Assembly: GCA_965215265.1 (NCBI GenBank) | Contig: OZ244048.1 | Location: forward strand, 2,141,743 to 2,205,742 | DNA from: Candidatus Poribacteria bacterium | Lineage (GTDB): Bacteria; Poribacteria; WGA-4E; WGA-3G | Direction of reading: 5' to 3' | Length of the DNA: 64,000 nucleotides | Translations under genes and position numbers: made by a program | Shown here: positions 20,347 through 30,811 of the stretch, piece after piece | How the letters are laid out: each line of letters opens with the position of its first letter | Position numbering within the stretch: the stretch's first letter is position 1 | Notes under the pieces: model-generated | Seen by the model: the letters and a program-made list of their open reading frames with translations, nothing else | Database searches by the model: none | Told to the model about the DNA's origin: nothing

Positions 20347-20495
20347 TTCTAAATTCTACCTAAGACATAAGTTAAAAAATCTGTGAAACGTCATATCGAG
20401 AGGCGTTCATGCCAAACCTGTTTAACTGCCTCTTGCCCGCATCCGTGGCTGCAGGAAAGGCACAAAAAAATTTTTTTTGCTGTGTCAAAATGTCT

Positions 20496-21641
20496 TTATT
20501 GGAGTTTTTCAACGTAGTCCGTTTTTTCCCACGTAAACCCGGGCTCCTCACGACCGAAATGTCCGTAAACTGCAGTGTTTCTATAAATAGGTTTTCGCAA
20601 TTCCAACCTTTCAATGATACCGTTTGGGGTTAGATCGAAATGCTGATTGACCAGTTGTGCCGCGCGGGTGTCATCGCCGGTTCCAAAGGTATCCACCATA
20701 ACGGATACGGGTGCTTTTCTGCCGATGACGTAAGAGAGCTGAATCTCACATCGTTCAGCTAATCCGGCGGCGACAAGGTTTTTGGCAGCGTGCCGTGCAG
20801 CGTAGGTTGCACTCCGGTCGACTTTGGTTGGATCTTTACCAGAGAAAGCCCCCCCACCGTGTCGTCCCATTCCGCCGTATGTATCAACAATGATTTTTCG
20901 ACCCGTTAAGCCAGCATCTCCTTGCGGGCCACCTGTCACAAACCGTCCAGTTGGATTAATGTGATATTCAATGTCCGGACCTCGGAGATGTTCAGGAATA
21001 ATTTTTTTTATAACTTCTTCAATAATGGCTTCTTTCAGCGTAGTATCTTCAACATCCGGATCGTGTTGCGTCGAAACGACGACAGCCGTGACGGCTTTAG
21101 GCTTGTTGTCAACATATTGAACAGTTACTTGAGATTTTCCATCGGGCCGGATAAAATTCAGGATGCCATCTTTGCGGACTTCTGCCAATCGGCGAGTCAA
21201 TTGGTGGGCAAGGGTGATGGGCAGGGGCATCAATTGCGGTGTTTCTCTACAAGCGTATCCGAACATGATACCTTGGTCTCCGGCACCGCCCGGATTAACC
21301 CCAATTGCAATATCGGGGGACTGTCTGTCAATCAGGCTCAGCACCGCGCTATTCTTGGCATCAAAACCATAGGCGATATCCGTGTAACCAATATCAGCAA
21401 ATACATCACGTGCAATCTGTTGTGCATCATACGAAGCATTCGTTGTGATTTCACCTGTGATGAGCGCAAGTCCGGTTGTTACTAAAGTTTCGCAAGCAAC
21501 CCTGCCCATTTTATCGGATACGAATATCGCATCAAGGACCGCATCAGAGATCTGATCTGCGATTTTGTCCGGATGTCCTTCGGTGACAGATTCGGACGTA
21601 AAAAGAACGTTGTTGTTCAATTCCAAGCTCCTGCTCTGCAT
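20496..21641 (-). CDS. metK: S-adenosylmethionine synthetase
   Basis: [41 protein letters not shown]. Confidence 0.95.
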   Translation of the reverse strand: MQSRSLELNNNVLFTSESVTEGHPDKIADQISDAVLDAIFVSDKMGRVACETLVTTGLALITGEITTNASYDAQQIARDVFADIGYTDIAYGFDAKNSAVLSLIDRQSPDIAIGVNPGGAGDQGIMFGYACRETPQLMPLPITLAHQLTRRLAEVRKDGILNFIRPDGKSQVTVQYVDNKPKAVTAVVVSTQHDPDVEDTTLKEAIIEEVIKKIIPEHLRGPDIEYHINPTGRFVTGGPQGDAGLTGRKIIVDTYGGMGRHGGGAFSGKDPTKVDRSATYAARHAAKNLVAAGLAERCEIQLSYVIGRKAPVSVMVDTFGTGDDTRAAQLVNQHFDLTPNGIIERLELRKPIYRNTAVYGHFGREEPGFTWEKTDYVEKLQ

Positions 21642-21693
21642 CTCTAATTATCTTGTTCTTGAATATAAGTTGCGGTGGGCAAACTAGATATAT

Positions 21694-21734
21694 AAATTCC
21701 CCTTCTCCGTCTACGTAAACGAGAAGGGGAATTT
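21694..21734 (-). terminator. 14-bp perfect hairpin between rpsA and metK (rpsA terminator)
   Basis: aaattccccttctc-N13-gagaaggggaattt, 23 nt after the rpsA stop, with A/U-rich flanks. Confidence 0.55.
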
Positions 21735-21757
21735 ATATACCGTTAGATCCGTGGAAG

Positions 21758-24010
21758 TTACTCCTCGGAGTTAGCAGCGTTTGACTTCCCCATTTCCTCT
21801 TTGAGCAGTGCTCCCAGGGCGGTTACGGTTTTCTCAGGAACCTGTTTCGCACGTCTCGGTTCCCGCCGGGGTCTGGCGTGCTGCTCTCTCTGTTTTTCTT
21901 CCGTTTCTTCCGGAGCACGTACGGCTGCACGTTCTTGCTCAGCAATCGCTGCCTTCAAACTGAGGCCGATTCGCCGGTCTCGCGGGGAAAGGTTAATGAC
22001 CTTTAAGTCAAGTTCTTGCCCAACGGATACAATTTCGTGCGGGTTTTCAATGCGCCGGTCTGCCAATTCAGAGATGTGAATTAAACCTTCAATTCCTTCC
22101 TCCAATTTGGTAAATGCACCAAAACTCGTGATATTGACAATTTCACCACGCACAACGGAACCAACCTTATACTTCTCCGGGACGTTTTCCCACGGATCCG
22201 GCTGCGTCTGTTTCAGTCCAAGTGAAACCCGGCGTTCCTGCGCATCAATTTGCAGAACAACCACCTCAATTTCGCTTCCTTCCTTCAAAGTTTCATGAGA
22301 TTCTGCACCCCGTTTTGTCCAAGAGAGGTCTGAGGTATGGATTAATCCATCAATACCTTCTTCAATTTCAACAAATACACCGAAATTCGTCAAGTTTCGG
22401 ATGCGACCTGTAATTCTAGCACCAACTGGATACTTTTGTTCCAACAGCTCCCACGGATTCTGTTGCAACTGTTTGATACCGAGCGAAATCCGTTTGTCTG
22501 ACTTAGAAATCTCAAGCACAACGGCTTCAACTTCCTGACCTTTACTCACAATACGGGAAGGTGCAACGTTCCGGCGGGTCCAGGACATTTCCGAGACATG
22601 AATTAATCCTTCAACCCCTTCTTCTAAATGAAGGAACGCGCCATAGTTAACGATATTCACAACGCGCCCGCGCACGGTGGAACCGACTGGATACTTCTCT
22701 TCAACATTCTCCCACGGATCCGGTGTCTTCTGTTTCAAGCCCAACGAAATTTTCTCGCTGTCCTTGCCGATACCGATAACTAAGACTTCAATATGGTTAC
22801 CAACGCCGACGACCTCAGACGGATGGTGAATCCTTCTCCAAGCCATATCTGTCTTGTGGAGTAAGCCATCAACACCACCTAGATCCACAAACGCGCCAAA
22901 GCTGGTTATATTTTTGACTTCACCGGTTACCAATTGTCCGACTTCCAGTCTACTCAGAACCTCAGCCTTCTTTTTCGCTAATTCTTCCTCTAACCAAGCA
23001 CGACGAGACAACACGATATTATGTCGCCGTTTGCTCAGGCTGATCACCTTCATTTCCAGGACCTGACCGACATAGTCTTCTAGATTCTGAACCGGCCGCA
23101 TTTCAATTTGAGAGGCAGGGAGAAAGCCACGGAGTGAGCCAACGCTCACACGGAACCCCCCTTTAATCCTTTCTGTAATCCGGCCATCTACTGGCGTACC
23201 GCTCTCATGTGCACGCGTAATCTTATCCCAAATAAGCGTCTGGTCTGCTATGTTTTTTGAAAGAACTATCTGTCCTTCCGAATCTTCGCGACGGACAATG
23301 TAGACATCTATGACATCGCCTACCTGCACCGGCGGCATATCGCTTCTGCCGGCACCAAATTCCGCTGCAGGGATATAGCCCTCTGATTTAAAGCCGATAT
23401 CGATCATCACCTCATCGCGGTTGACATCTACAACGGTGCCTTTAACTATTTCACCATCCGTAAATGCCTTAATTGAATTATCATACGCCTCTTCAAGAGA
23501 TTCCGGGCTCATTGGTTCTGGAGACGATTCCGGGGCATCCGCAGCAGCGGCAGCCTCATCTGGAAACTCCACCGGCTGTTCAACTTCAGCCGTGTCCTCA
23601 GTTGTCTCCGATTCATCGGTAAGGACTGCTGCCTGTTCCGTTTCAGCGGAGCCTGACGTGCTAGCTGCCTCGGCATCTGAAGCAACCTGCACAACTTCAG
23701 GGGGCTCGTTTGCAGAACCCGCTTCTGTCTCTACTTCGGCGGTCTGTTCAATTGCCTCTTCACCGGTAAGAGAGGTACGTGCCTCAGATAGTGTTGCTGC
23801 TTGATCAGATTCTGAACTGTCAGAAACAAGAGGCTCCTCCTCGCCCGTCTGCGCTTCATGCTCCTCAGGGGCATCCTCGGTTACCGGGGGCGAATTTTCA
23901 GTGTCCGGTGTTTCTGTCTCGCTTACTGCTTCCTTATTCACTTCAACTGTCTCATGCTTTTCTTCCACTTCAACAGCGGATGGATTAGTTGTTGACTGTA
24001 CGTTATTCAT
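21758..24010 (-). CDS. rpsA: 30S ribosomal protein S1 with a ~166-aa acidic low-complexity N-terminal extension
   Basis: At least four S1 domains (…GAFV.L..G..GL.H.S…). A typical S1 start would correspond to the internal Met at 23512. Confidence 0.85.
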   Translation of the reverse strand: MNNVQSTTNPSAVEVEEKHETVEVNKEAVSETETPDTENSPPVTEDAPEEHEAQTGEEEPLVSDSSESDQAATLSEARTSLTGEEAIEQTAEVETEAGSANEPPEVVQVASDAEAASTSGSAETEQAAVLTDESETTEDTAEVEQPVEFPDEAAAAADAPESSPEPMSPESLEEAYDNSIKAFTDGEIVKGTVVDVNRDEVMIDIGFKSEGYIPAAEFGAGRSDMPPVQVGDVIDVYIVRREDSEGQIVLSKNIADQTLIWDKITRAHESGTPVDGRITERIKGGFRVSVGSLRGFLPASQIEMRPVQNLEDYVGQVLEMKVISLSKRRHNIVLSRRAWLEEELAKKKAEVLSRLEVGQLVTGEVKNITSFGAFVDLGGVDGLLHKTDMAWRRIHHPSEVVGVGNHIEVLVIGIGKDSEKISLGLKQKTPDPWENVEEKYPVGSTVRGRVVNIVNYGAFLHLEEGVEGLIHVSEMSWTRRNVAPSRIVSKGQEVEAVVLEISKSDKRISLGIKQLQQNPWELLEQKYPVGARITGRIRNLTNFGVFVEIEEGIDGLIHTSDLSWTKRGAESHETLKEGSEIEVVVLQIDAQERRVSLGLKQTQPDPWENVPEKYKVGSVVRGEIVNITSFGAFTKLEEGIEGLIHISELADRRIENPHEIVSVGQELDLKVINLSPRDRRIGLSLKAAIAEQERAAVRAPEETEEKQREQHARPRREPRRAKQVPEKTVTALGALLKEEMGKSNAANSEE

Positions 24011-24158
24011 TAAGATAACTGGTTCATCTACAAACGCGAAACTGCGTCGCTTTGCCAGTTCCTCCTTATATTCAAAGTGTTTTTAACACTTTGCAAATCG
24101 GTTACTTAATAGTATATCATAAATCCAGATAAAAAAGCAAAGAAATTAAAAAAAATCT

Positions 24159-24187
24159 TTGACATTTTTCGGAATTTAAGATAAAAT
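24159..24187 (+). promoter_or_regulatory. sigma70-type promoter (TTGACA, 17-nt spacer, TAAAAT) for the STAS/RsbW operon
   Basis: Consensus -35 with good spacing. Confidence 0.45.
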
Positions 24188-24246
24188 CATTATCGGTTCT
24201 CAATAAGCATGCAGAATTTTTATGTAATGTATAGTAGGTGATTTTT

Positions 24247-24591
24247 ATGACTGCAACCGAATTGATGATGCTCCGGGACTATTCCGGAATCAAAATTATA
24301 AAAATAAAAACAGAACTCAGTAGTTATGCCGCATCCGATTTACGTAAAATGCTTGAGAGACTCTTAGAGCAAAAAGTTGATAAAATTATCGTTAATCTAA
24401 GTCAAGTCAATCATATCAACAGTACCGCTGTGGGTGCTCTCGTCGGCATTGCCAAGCGATTACGCCAAAATGGAGGAGACCTTAAAATCTGCGAATTAGC
24501 CGATAATTTGACACGGACTTTTAATTTAATAGGCGCATCAAGCGTTATTGAAATCTATGAGTCTGAAAACAGTGCGATTGCCGCCTTTTAA
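24247..24591 (+). CDS. STAS-domain anti-sigma-factor antagonist (SpoIIAA/RsbV-like)
   Basis: RBS AGGTG. ~115 aa STAS fold, with the conserved Ser region …INSTAVGALVG…. Confidence 0.7.
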   Translation: MTATELMMLRDYSGIKIIKIKTELSSYAASDLRKMLERLLEQKVDKIIVNLSQVNHINSTAVGALVGIAKRLRQNGGDLKICELADNLTRTFNLIGASSVIEIYESENSAIAAF

Positions 24592-24628
24592 ATACAGCGA
24601 CTTTTGGAACAAAGCAGATCTGAAGCCC

Positions 24629-25054
24629 ATGGAGAAAGCGCATATTAAAATTAAGATTCCGAGCGACGTTTTTTATTTAGAACCGGTTCGGGCCTTTATA
24701 GGAAACTTAGCACAACACCTCGGATTCTCCAGAAAACGAATTGCCGATATTCAACTCGCGGTTGATGAAATCTGTAGCAACGCAGTGGATCACGGTTCCC
24801 TGAGTACCGAAGCCGAAATTAAATTGCAAATTTGCGGTAATTCGCAAGCACTTGAGATTTTGGTGCAGGATGCTGGAACAGGAGTCGCTTGGTTAACGCC
24901 GGAAAGACTCGCCGAAATTGAGGCGAATCGCTCATCCAACAACGAGAGCGGGCACGGTATTTTTCTCGCAAAATTGCTCTCTGATACTTACGATATACGA
25001 TGCAATGCCGACGGCGGAACGGATGTTCATGTAATCTTTTACCAGAAGGATTAG
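24629..25054 (+). CDS. anti-sigma regulatory factor, Ser-protein kinase (RsbW/SpoIIAB-like GHKL ATPase)
   Basis: N-box E.CSNAVDHG and G-box DAGTGV. 141 aa from Met 24629. The longer TTG ORF overlaps the STAS gene. Confidence 0.7.
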   Translation: MEKAHIKIKIPSDVFYLEPVRAFIGNLAQHLGFSRKRIADIQLAVDEICSNAVDHGSLSTEAEIKLQICGNSQALEILVQDAGTGVAWLTPERLAEIEANRSSNNESGHGIFLAKLLSDTYDIRCNADGGTDVHVIFYQKD

Positions 25055-25547
25055 ATATTTGGCGGAGCGGAGACATCTTTCTCAAAAATAAGTATACTGT
25101 TCTTATCACGTAGCGAAGACGTTTCCACAGATTTCCACCTGGGCAGCCGCCAAGCCAAACGTTTGTGGATACACTATAAAGCATGATATACGAGTCCTTC
25201 TAATGATTTTTGGAGTTCAGGAATGATGAATTCAATATGGAAGATTAACAAGCAACGAGATGATCATCTGCTAATCATTGCTTCTTTTCTCCTAATACTT
25301 AGATGGATGCTGGATGAGCTCAAAGGAGATGTATTTGATGGGTTAGATTTGTTCCTGATGATTAGCAGTTCCTGGGTGTACTTTTGGGTACTTCGGCATC
25401 GGAATAAACTCACAAAGGGAGGACTCCTTTTTTTTTCTAGGGGTAAATGTGTTTGTGAGTGTACTGGCAATTGGCGTTATCTTTTGGGGATGGCAGTTCA
25501 AATTGTATCCTGAAAACCTAGCTTTAGGTACGAAGAGGGGAGAAGCC

Positions 25548-26744
25548 CTAATGCTTCTCCCCTCTCTGTTGTAACTGTTGTGCAGCTGCCTCAATTGCAA
25601 TGAGCGTCAGATCATCGTCTTTAGGACAGGTATCCGTGAACGCATCAATGATTTGGGAGACATTGTTAATGAGTAGAGAGACGGGTTGTTCAGTAGAGGC
25701 GTTGAGGAGTTTCAGGAGTCGTTCTGCTGTAAATTCTTCACCTTGCGGGTTTTTGGCTTCGTAAGTCCCATCGGTATAGAGAAATAGTCGGCTGGACTTG
25801 TCAAACGGATAATGGATAGTTTCATACGTCGATTCCCGCCAAATCCCTAATCCGTTCCCCGTGTTTTTATCGCCAATCGGATGATAGGTCTGCTGTTCGC
25901 TGCTATACAGAAACGGGAACGGGTGCCCCGCATTAGCGCAGATAAATTGGCCTTGAGAGATGTCAAGGACACCACAAAACGCGGTTGCAAACATGAAAAG
26001 GTGGGAACTAATCATATCGTTGAATCGAGTATTGAGGATTTTGAGGAGCCGACTCGGGTCATCTGGGATAAGGGGTTGGAATTCTGCCAAAACGGTTTTG
26101 ATGAAAACTGTCACAAAAGCCGCTGAGACACCGTGTCCCATCACATCAGAGATAAAAACGCCTAATCGATTCGGGGTAATCTCCCAGATATCAAAGAAAT
26201 CCCCACCGACCGCCATTTCCGGGCGGCAATGCGAAGCAATGCTAAATCCCGATAATTCCTGAACGCCATCCTCAGGAAGCAGAATTTCCTGAATGCTTCG
26301 TGCCATTTGGAGTTCTTCTTCTAATCGCGCGTTATGGCTTTCAAGCGTGTCATGATAGTGTTTGATACGCAATAGCGACCGGACGCGTGCTAACACCTCA
26401 AGGCTATTAAACGGTTTTTCAATCAAATCATCTGCACCTGCATCGATTGCCTTAATCCGATTTTCGTATGTATCTCGCAGGGCTGTTATCATAACAATCG
26501 GGATAAATGCAGTCGCAGCATTCGCACGAAGGCGTTCAACAACTTTAAATCCGTCCATCCGCGGCATGTTTATATCTAATAAGATCAGGTCCGGCATTTC
26601 GTTCTCTACAGCCTCTAAGGCTTCAAGTCCATCTATTGCACTGCAAACTGTGTACCCGCGTGCACTGAGATGAATTTGAAGAATTCTCACATTCTTCGGT
26701 TCATCATCAACTACGAGAATTTTGGCTGGAGTTTCGGAGTTCAT
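25548..26744 (-). CDS. response-regulator receiver fused to a PP2C/SpoIIE-type Ser phosphatase (RsbY/RsbP-like)
   Basis: REC: ILVVDDEP…DLILLDINMPRMDGF. The C-terminal half is a PP2C domain (GDFFDIWEI…DVMGHGVSAA…). Confidence 0.8.
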   Translation of the reverse strand: MNSETPAKILVVDDEPKNVRILQIHLSARGYTVCSAIDGLEALEAVENEMPDLILLDINMPRMDGFKVVERLRANAATAFIPIVMITALRDTYENRIKAIDAGADDLIEKPFNSLEVLARVRSLLRIKHYHDTLESHNARLEEELQMARSIQEILLPEDGVQELSGFSIASHCRPEMAVGGDFFDIWEITPNRLGVFISDVMGHGVSAAFVTVFIKTVLAEFQPLIPDDPSRLLKILNTRFNDMISSHLFMFATAFCGVLDISQGQFICANAGHPFPFLYSSEQQTYHPIGDKNTGNGLGIWRESTYETIHYPFDKSSRLFLYTDGTYEAKNPQGEEFTAERLLKLLNASTEQPVSLLINNVSQIIDAFTDTCPKDDDLTLIAIEAAAQQLQQRGEKH

Positions 26745-27133
26745 TTACCGTTTCCTTTAATGTGAGCTTCTACGCGTTCCACCAGGACCTGGATATCAAT
26801 CGGTTTGCTCAGATAATCGTCACAGCCTGCTTTTAAGATGCGTTCCTTGTCCCCAGACATCGCTGCAGCGGTTAAGGCGATGATTGGGATATCTGCCCAT
26901 CTCAATTCCGATTTAATTTTGCGTACTAAATCCTCACCGCTCTCTCCAGGGAGGGCAATATCCATCAGAATGAGTTGAGGCTTTGCCGCTTCTAAGCAGG
27001 CGATTGCTTCCACAGCGTCTGTCGCTTCAATAACAGTATATCCTTTTGACTGTAGCACAATCCGCACCACTTTCCGGTTCAATTCCTGGTCTTCAATCAC
27101 CAATATTCGCGGCAGTGAGTTTGTGGTGTTCAC
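26741..27133 (-). CDS. single-domain response regulator (CheY-like)
   Basis: ILVIEDQELN…LILMDIALPGESGEDL…K. Overlaps the downstream gene by 4 nt. Confidence 0.8.
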   Translation of the reverse strand: MNTTNSLPRILVIEDQELNRKVVRIVLQSKGYTVIEATDAVEAIACLEAAKPQLILMDIALPGESGEDLVRKIKSELRWADIPIIALTAAAMSGDKERILKAGCDDYLSKPIDIQVLVERVEAHIKGNGK

Positions 27134-27187
27134 GGGTTGCCCTCAATTCAAGCGAAAGAATCTTATATTATCGACACGTTGCATGGA

Positions 27188-29497
27188 TTAATCTTTTCGC
27201 TGCGTCCGTGGAATTCTAAAACTGAAGTTACTTCCTTTGCCCACATTGCTGGTGATACTGATGCCCCCCTGATGCAATTCAATTAAGCGATGGGTAAGAG
27301 CCAAACCGAGGCCTGTTCCACCGTAACGACGAGACTTCGAGGTATCAATCTGTGTAAACGGAGCGAAGAGTTTCCCCAAATCTTCTTTAGTGATGCCTAT
27401 ACCGGTGTCAATTACCTCGGCCCGGAGTTCTGTCGAAGTCAGTTCCAATTCAGTTGTAACCTTTCCGTTGTCCGGGGTGAACTTCACAGCGTTTGAGAGT
27501 AGATTATAAAAAATCTGCTTCAATTTAACACGGTCAGCTTCAATTGTTCCATTTTGATTGTAGTTCAAGGTGATATGCAAATTCTTTTTTCCGGTGAGGG
27601 CTTTAATAATCGTGTTGACTTCCTCCACGGCTTCTACAATAGAGAAGGTTTCGAGTTGTAGCATCATTTTCCCAGCTTCAATTTTTGAAAGATCAAGGAT
27701 GTCATTAATCATCTCTAACAGATGTTGCCCACTTGTATGAATGTCGTTCACACACTCCTTCTGCTCTGGATTGATGCTACCGACGAGCTCGTCTCGGAGA
27801 ATTTCGGCGAATCCAATGATCGCGTTTAACGGTGTCCGAAGTTCGTGGCTCATGTTCGCGAGGAAGTCGCTCTTTGCACGACTTGCGTATTCAGCCGTCT
27901 CTTTCGCACGCTGCATCGTCTGCTGTGCCCGGATGCGTTCGGTTATATTCAGTGCCATGCTAATACCGAGATTCCTTCCATCCGGTAGGATTCCCAATAA
28001 AGACGAACTAAATTCCCATATCTGTTTTTTACCGTGTTTGGTAACAATTTCATACTCGCCCTCAGCGACACGTTCTGTAGAACCATATAACTGTGCAAGA
28101 TGGACTCTGATGTCATTCACTTTTCCGCCATCTGTTTGTTCCAACCATTTGGAAACCGTAGGAATGTCCTCAAGTTTATACCCTGTTAATTCTGTCCAGG
28201 CACGGCTAATCAGAATCACTTCTCCATCTTCAGCATGAATCATAACGGGGAGGGGCGCGTTAAGCACCGCTCTGCGAAAACGTGCCTCACTGTTCTGGAG
28301 CTCAATTTCTGCTTGTTTCCGGTCCGTGATATCCGTTGAAGTCATCACAAAACCGACTAATTCTCCATCTCGTTTAATGGGACCTAGACAAGAGGCGTAC
28401 CAGTTTCCGCTCATTTGGCCTTGCACTTCGTACGTCGCCACCTCTCCAGTTTCAATAACCTTTGAACAAGCTTTTCGGAATCTATCATGATGCTCGCTAT
28501 TCAAGAATTCAAAAATGCTTTTTCCAACAACGTCTTTGGTTGTTAAGCTAAGTCCGGTAGGGATCCGGTTGAGGAACTCTAGCTGATAGGCAAGGTTCAT
28601 TGTTGTAATCAGATCTGGCGCACTTTGAACGAGAGAACGCCATTTCGCTTCCGAATCCCGCAACGCTTGTTCCGCACGATAGTATTCAGTAATGTCCCGC
28701 GAAATACCACACGTTCCTTGAATTCGGCCATTTCTATCCCGAATTGGTACCTTGGTTGTCGAAACCCATGTATCTCGTCCATCCGGCCATGTCTCTTTTT
28801 CCTGTTTACCCTCAATTGGCTTACCCGATTCAATAATCGTTTTTTCGTCTTTGTACGCCTGCTGTGCATGTTCACGAGTAAAAAAATCAAAATCCGTTTT
28901 TTCGACAGCATCCGCAGGGTTTTTCAAACCGAACCGGTTTGCCAACGAACGGTTGATGCGGATAAACTTACTCTCTGTATCCTTGAAGTAGATCTGATCG
29001 GTGGAACTGTCCATAAGCGTATGCAACAGATCGCGTTCTTGCGTATGCACCGCCGCCAGTTTCTGATACCGCTTCTCACTCTCTTTCACTCTAGCTTTCA
29101 GATGCTTTGTCTGCGTTATATCTTTGACCACAACATAGCAGGTTTCTTGTGCTGATGGTTTATGAACTTGCCACCGCAGCCACTTGTAAGACGAATCTTT
29201 GCACAGATAGCGGTTCTCAAAGGAGACTATGACACATGCCCCGCATCTCAGCTTTTCGATTTCGCTGAACGTATGCTCCATATCATCTGGATGTATCAGA
29301 TCCAACCAGTGATGCCTCTGAAATTCTGCCTCGCTAAATCCGAGGACTTCCTCCCAGACAGGATTTAATACCACAAGTGCCCCATCAAGTTTTAGAGAGC
29401 CGAACATCTCAGAGGACAGATGCAAAAAAGAGGCACTCTGATCGATTTCCCCTTCAGCTTGCAATATTGTCGTTCCAGTTAAACCCAAATGTGTCAT
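27188..29497 (-). CDS. multi-PAS sensor histidine kinase
   Basis: Several PAS/PAC blocks, H-box HELRTPLNAIIGF and HATPase G-boxes GTGLGLAL. There is no C-terminal REC. Confidence 0.85.
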   Translation of the reverse strand: MTHLGLTGTTILQAEGEIDQSASFLHLSSEMFGSLKLDGALVVLNPVWEEVLGFSEAEFQRHHWLDLIHPDDMEHTFSEIEKLRCGACVIVSFENRYLCKDSSYKWLRWQVHKPSAQETCYVVVKDITQTKHLKARVKESEKRYQKLAAVHTQERDLLHTLMDSSTDQIYFKDTESKFIRINRSLANRFGLKNPADAVEKTDFDFFTREHAQQAYKDEKTIIESGKPIEGKQEKETWPDGRDTWVSTTKVPIRDRNGRIQGTCGISRDITEYYRAEQALRDSEAKWRSLVQSAPDLITTMNLAYQLEFLNRIPTGLSLTTKDVVGKSIFEFLNSEHHDRFRKACSKVIETGEVATYEVQGQMSGNWYASCLGPIKRDGELVGFVMTSTDITDRKQAEIELQNSEARFRRAVLNAPLPVMIHAEDGEVILISRAWTELTGYKLEDIPTVSKWLEQTDGGKVNDIRVHLAQLYGSTERVAEGEYEIVTKHGKKQIWEFSSSLLGILPDGRNLGISMALNITERIRAQQTMQRAKETAEYASRAKSDFLANMSHELRTPLNAIIGFAEILRDELVGSINPEQKECVNDIHTSGQHLLEMINDILDLSKIEAGKMMLQLETFSIVEAVEEVNTIIKALTGKKNLHITLNYNQNGTIEADRVKLKQIFYNLLSNAVKFTPDNGKVTTELELTSTELRAEVIDTGIGITKEDLGKLFAPFTQIDTSKSRRYGGTGLGLALTHRLIELHQGGISITSNVGKGSNFSFRIPRTQRKD

Positions 29498-29521
29498 GAA
29501 GCACCTTTTGTTTACAGTGTG

Positions 29522-30283
29522 CTACTTCGTTACCAAAACAGCACGATTGGCCAATTTGACGACGGTCTGCGTTGTACTTTGGAAGACGAGTTCGTACAAT
29601 CTGCCGTGATGGCTAGCACTCAGTGCGATAAGGTCGCAATCTGTTGCCTCAGCGTTTTCTAAGATGTTCGTTACCGTAAAACCACGAGCCGTCAAAAATT
29701 CCGTCGTGACATCATAGTAATTCAGATACGCTTCCATCTGTTGCTTAATTTGCGTCGCTTCATATTGCGTATTTGAAAGGGCGAGCCCCAAAATACCGGC
29801 CTTTGTCAATTCGCCAATTTCAGCCACAAGACTTAAGACATGGTCCGAATAGATATCACCGTGATGGACAGCTAAAATTTTGCGTAAAAGTGTACACTGT
29901 TCATGAACAATGATGATCGGTTTCGTAATATGCGCGAGGATATCATCAATCTGGCTCTGAATTAATTTTAACCCGCGAGTTCTTATGTCTTCCGGTAGCC
30001 CGACGACGACAAGATCTGCCGAACGTGCTTTTTGGCAAATCATCTGCTCCGGATTTCCAGCAACGGCTTCAACGTGGTAATCAAGAAAATCATACAGCGA
30101 GCATTCCGCTTCTGTCCGGCGCACCACAGTTTCTGCAACATCCGCACTCCCACCATGCTCACTATCCTGAAAAAATACACATGATAAATGTGTTCCTAAG
30201 AGCACCGCCAACTGACCTGCGTACTCAAAGGCATTTTTCTCATAATCTGTATCACCAATAGCAACGAGAATGTTTTTTATCAT
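29522..30283 (-). CDS. tandem universal stress protein (UspA family)
   Basis: Two Usp-like halves, 253 aa. Confidence 0.6.
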   Translation of the reverse strand: MIKNILVAIGDTDYEKNAFEYAGQLAVLLGTHLSCVFFQDSEHGGSADVAETVVRRTEAECSLYDFLDYHVEAVAGNPEQMICQKARSADLVVVGLPEDIRTRGLKLIQSQIDDILAHITKPIIIVHEQCTLLRKILAVHHGDIYSDHVLSLVAEIGELTKAGILGLALSNTQYEATQIKQQMEAYLNYYDVTTEFLTARGFTVTNILENAEATDCDLIALSASHHGRLYELVFQSTTQTVVKLANRAVLVTK

Positions 30284-30402
30284 TACCTCTCACCTTCCGG
30301 GTTTTTGTAGATTGATGTGTTATGTTAACTGCGCTTGAATTTATCGCCCCACGTTAAAGCGGGTCCGGACGGGGATAATCAAGTAGATTATCCCCAACCT
30401 TA

Positions 30403-30753
30403 CTATGAATGCTCCAACAAAGCCGCACAAGCCTCATCTTCAGTTTCAAAGTTTTTAAAAACGGTGATTAATCTCGCCATCACAATCAGGTTTTTCACAT
30501 GTTTATTCACATTTATCACCGCTATTTTCCCCCCGCGTGGATGGATATCAGCGTAGATTTTCATCATCGCACCGAGAGCGGAACTGTCCATGCCTGTTAC
30601 TTCTTGAAAATCAAATACTAATTTCGGCGACCCTGTGAGCCCGGCGAGAGTACTTTCGATAACATCCGTTACCGTTGTAATACCCGGGGCCATAATCCTA
30701 CCGCTGAGTCTAAAAACAATAACCCCTTCTCTCTCAGACACGGTGATTGCCAT
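30403..30753 (-). CDS. STAS-domain anti-sigma-factor antagonist
   Basis: RBS GGAGGA. …FQEVTGMDSSALGAMM… conserved Ser region. Confidence 0.7.
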   Translation of the reverse strand: MAITVSEREGVIVFRLSGRIMAPGITTVTDVIESTLAGLTGSPKLVFDFQEVTGMDSSALGAMMKIYADIHPRGGKIAVINVNKHVKNLIVMARLITVFKNFETEDEACAALLEHS

Positions 30754-30811
30754 ATTTTCATCCTCCACGTTGTGCAGTGTGAAGTGAATTCAGTCAATCA
30801 AGTTGGCTGAA

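Noticed and set aside
20347-20495. A-run/T-run palindrome (gcacaaaaaaattttttttgctgtg) between ahcY and metK as a terminator
   Set aside because: The stem would be pure A:T and imperfect, so the evidence is weak.
21642-21757. Possible SAM riboswitch upstream of metK
   Set aside because: The spacer is only 116 nt. It is occupied by a 14-bp terminator hairpin and shows no SAM-I/II conserved cores.
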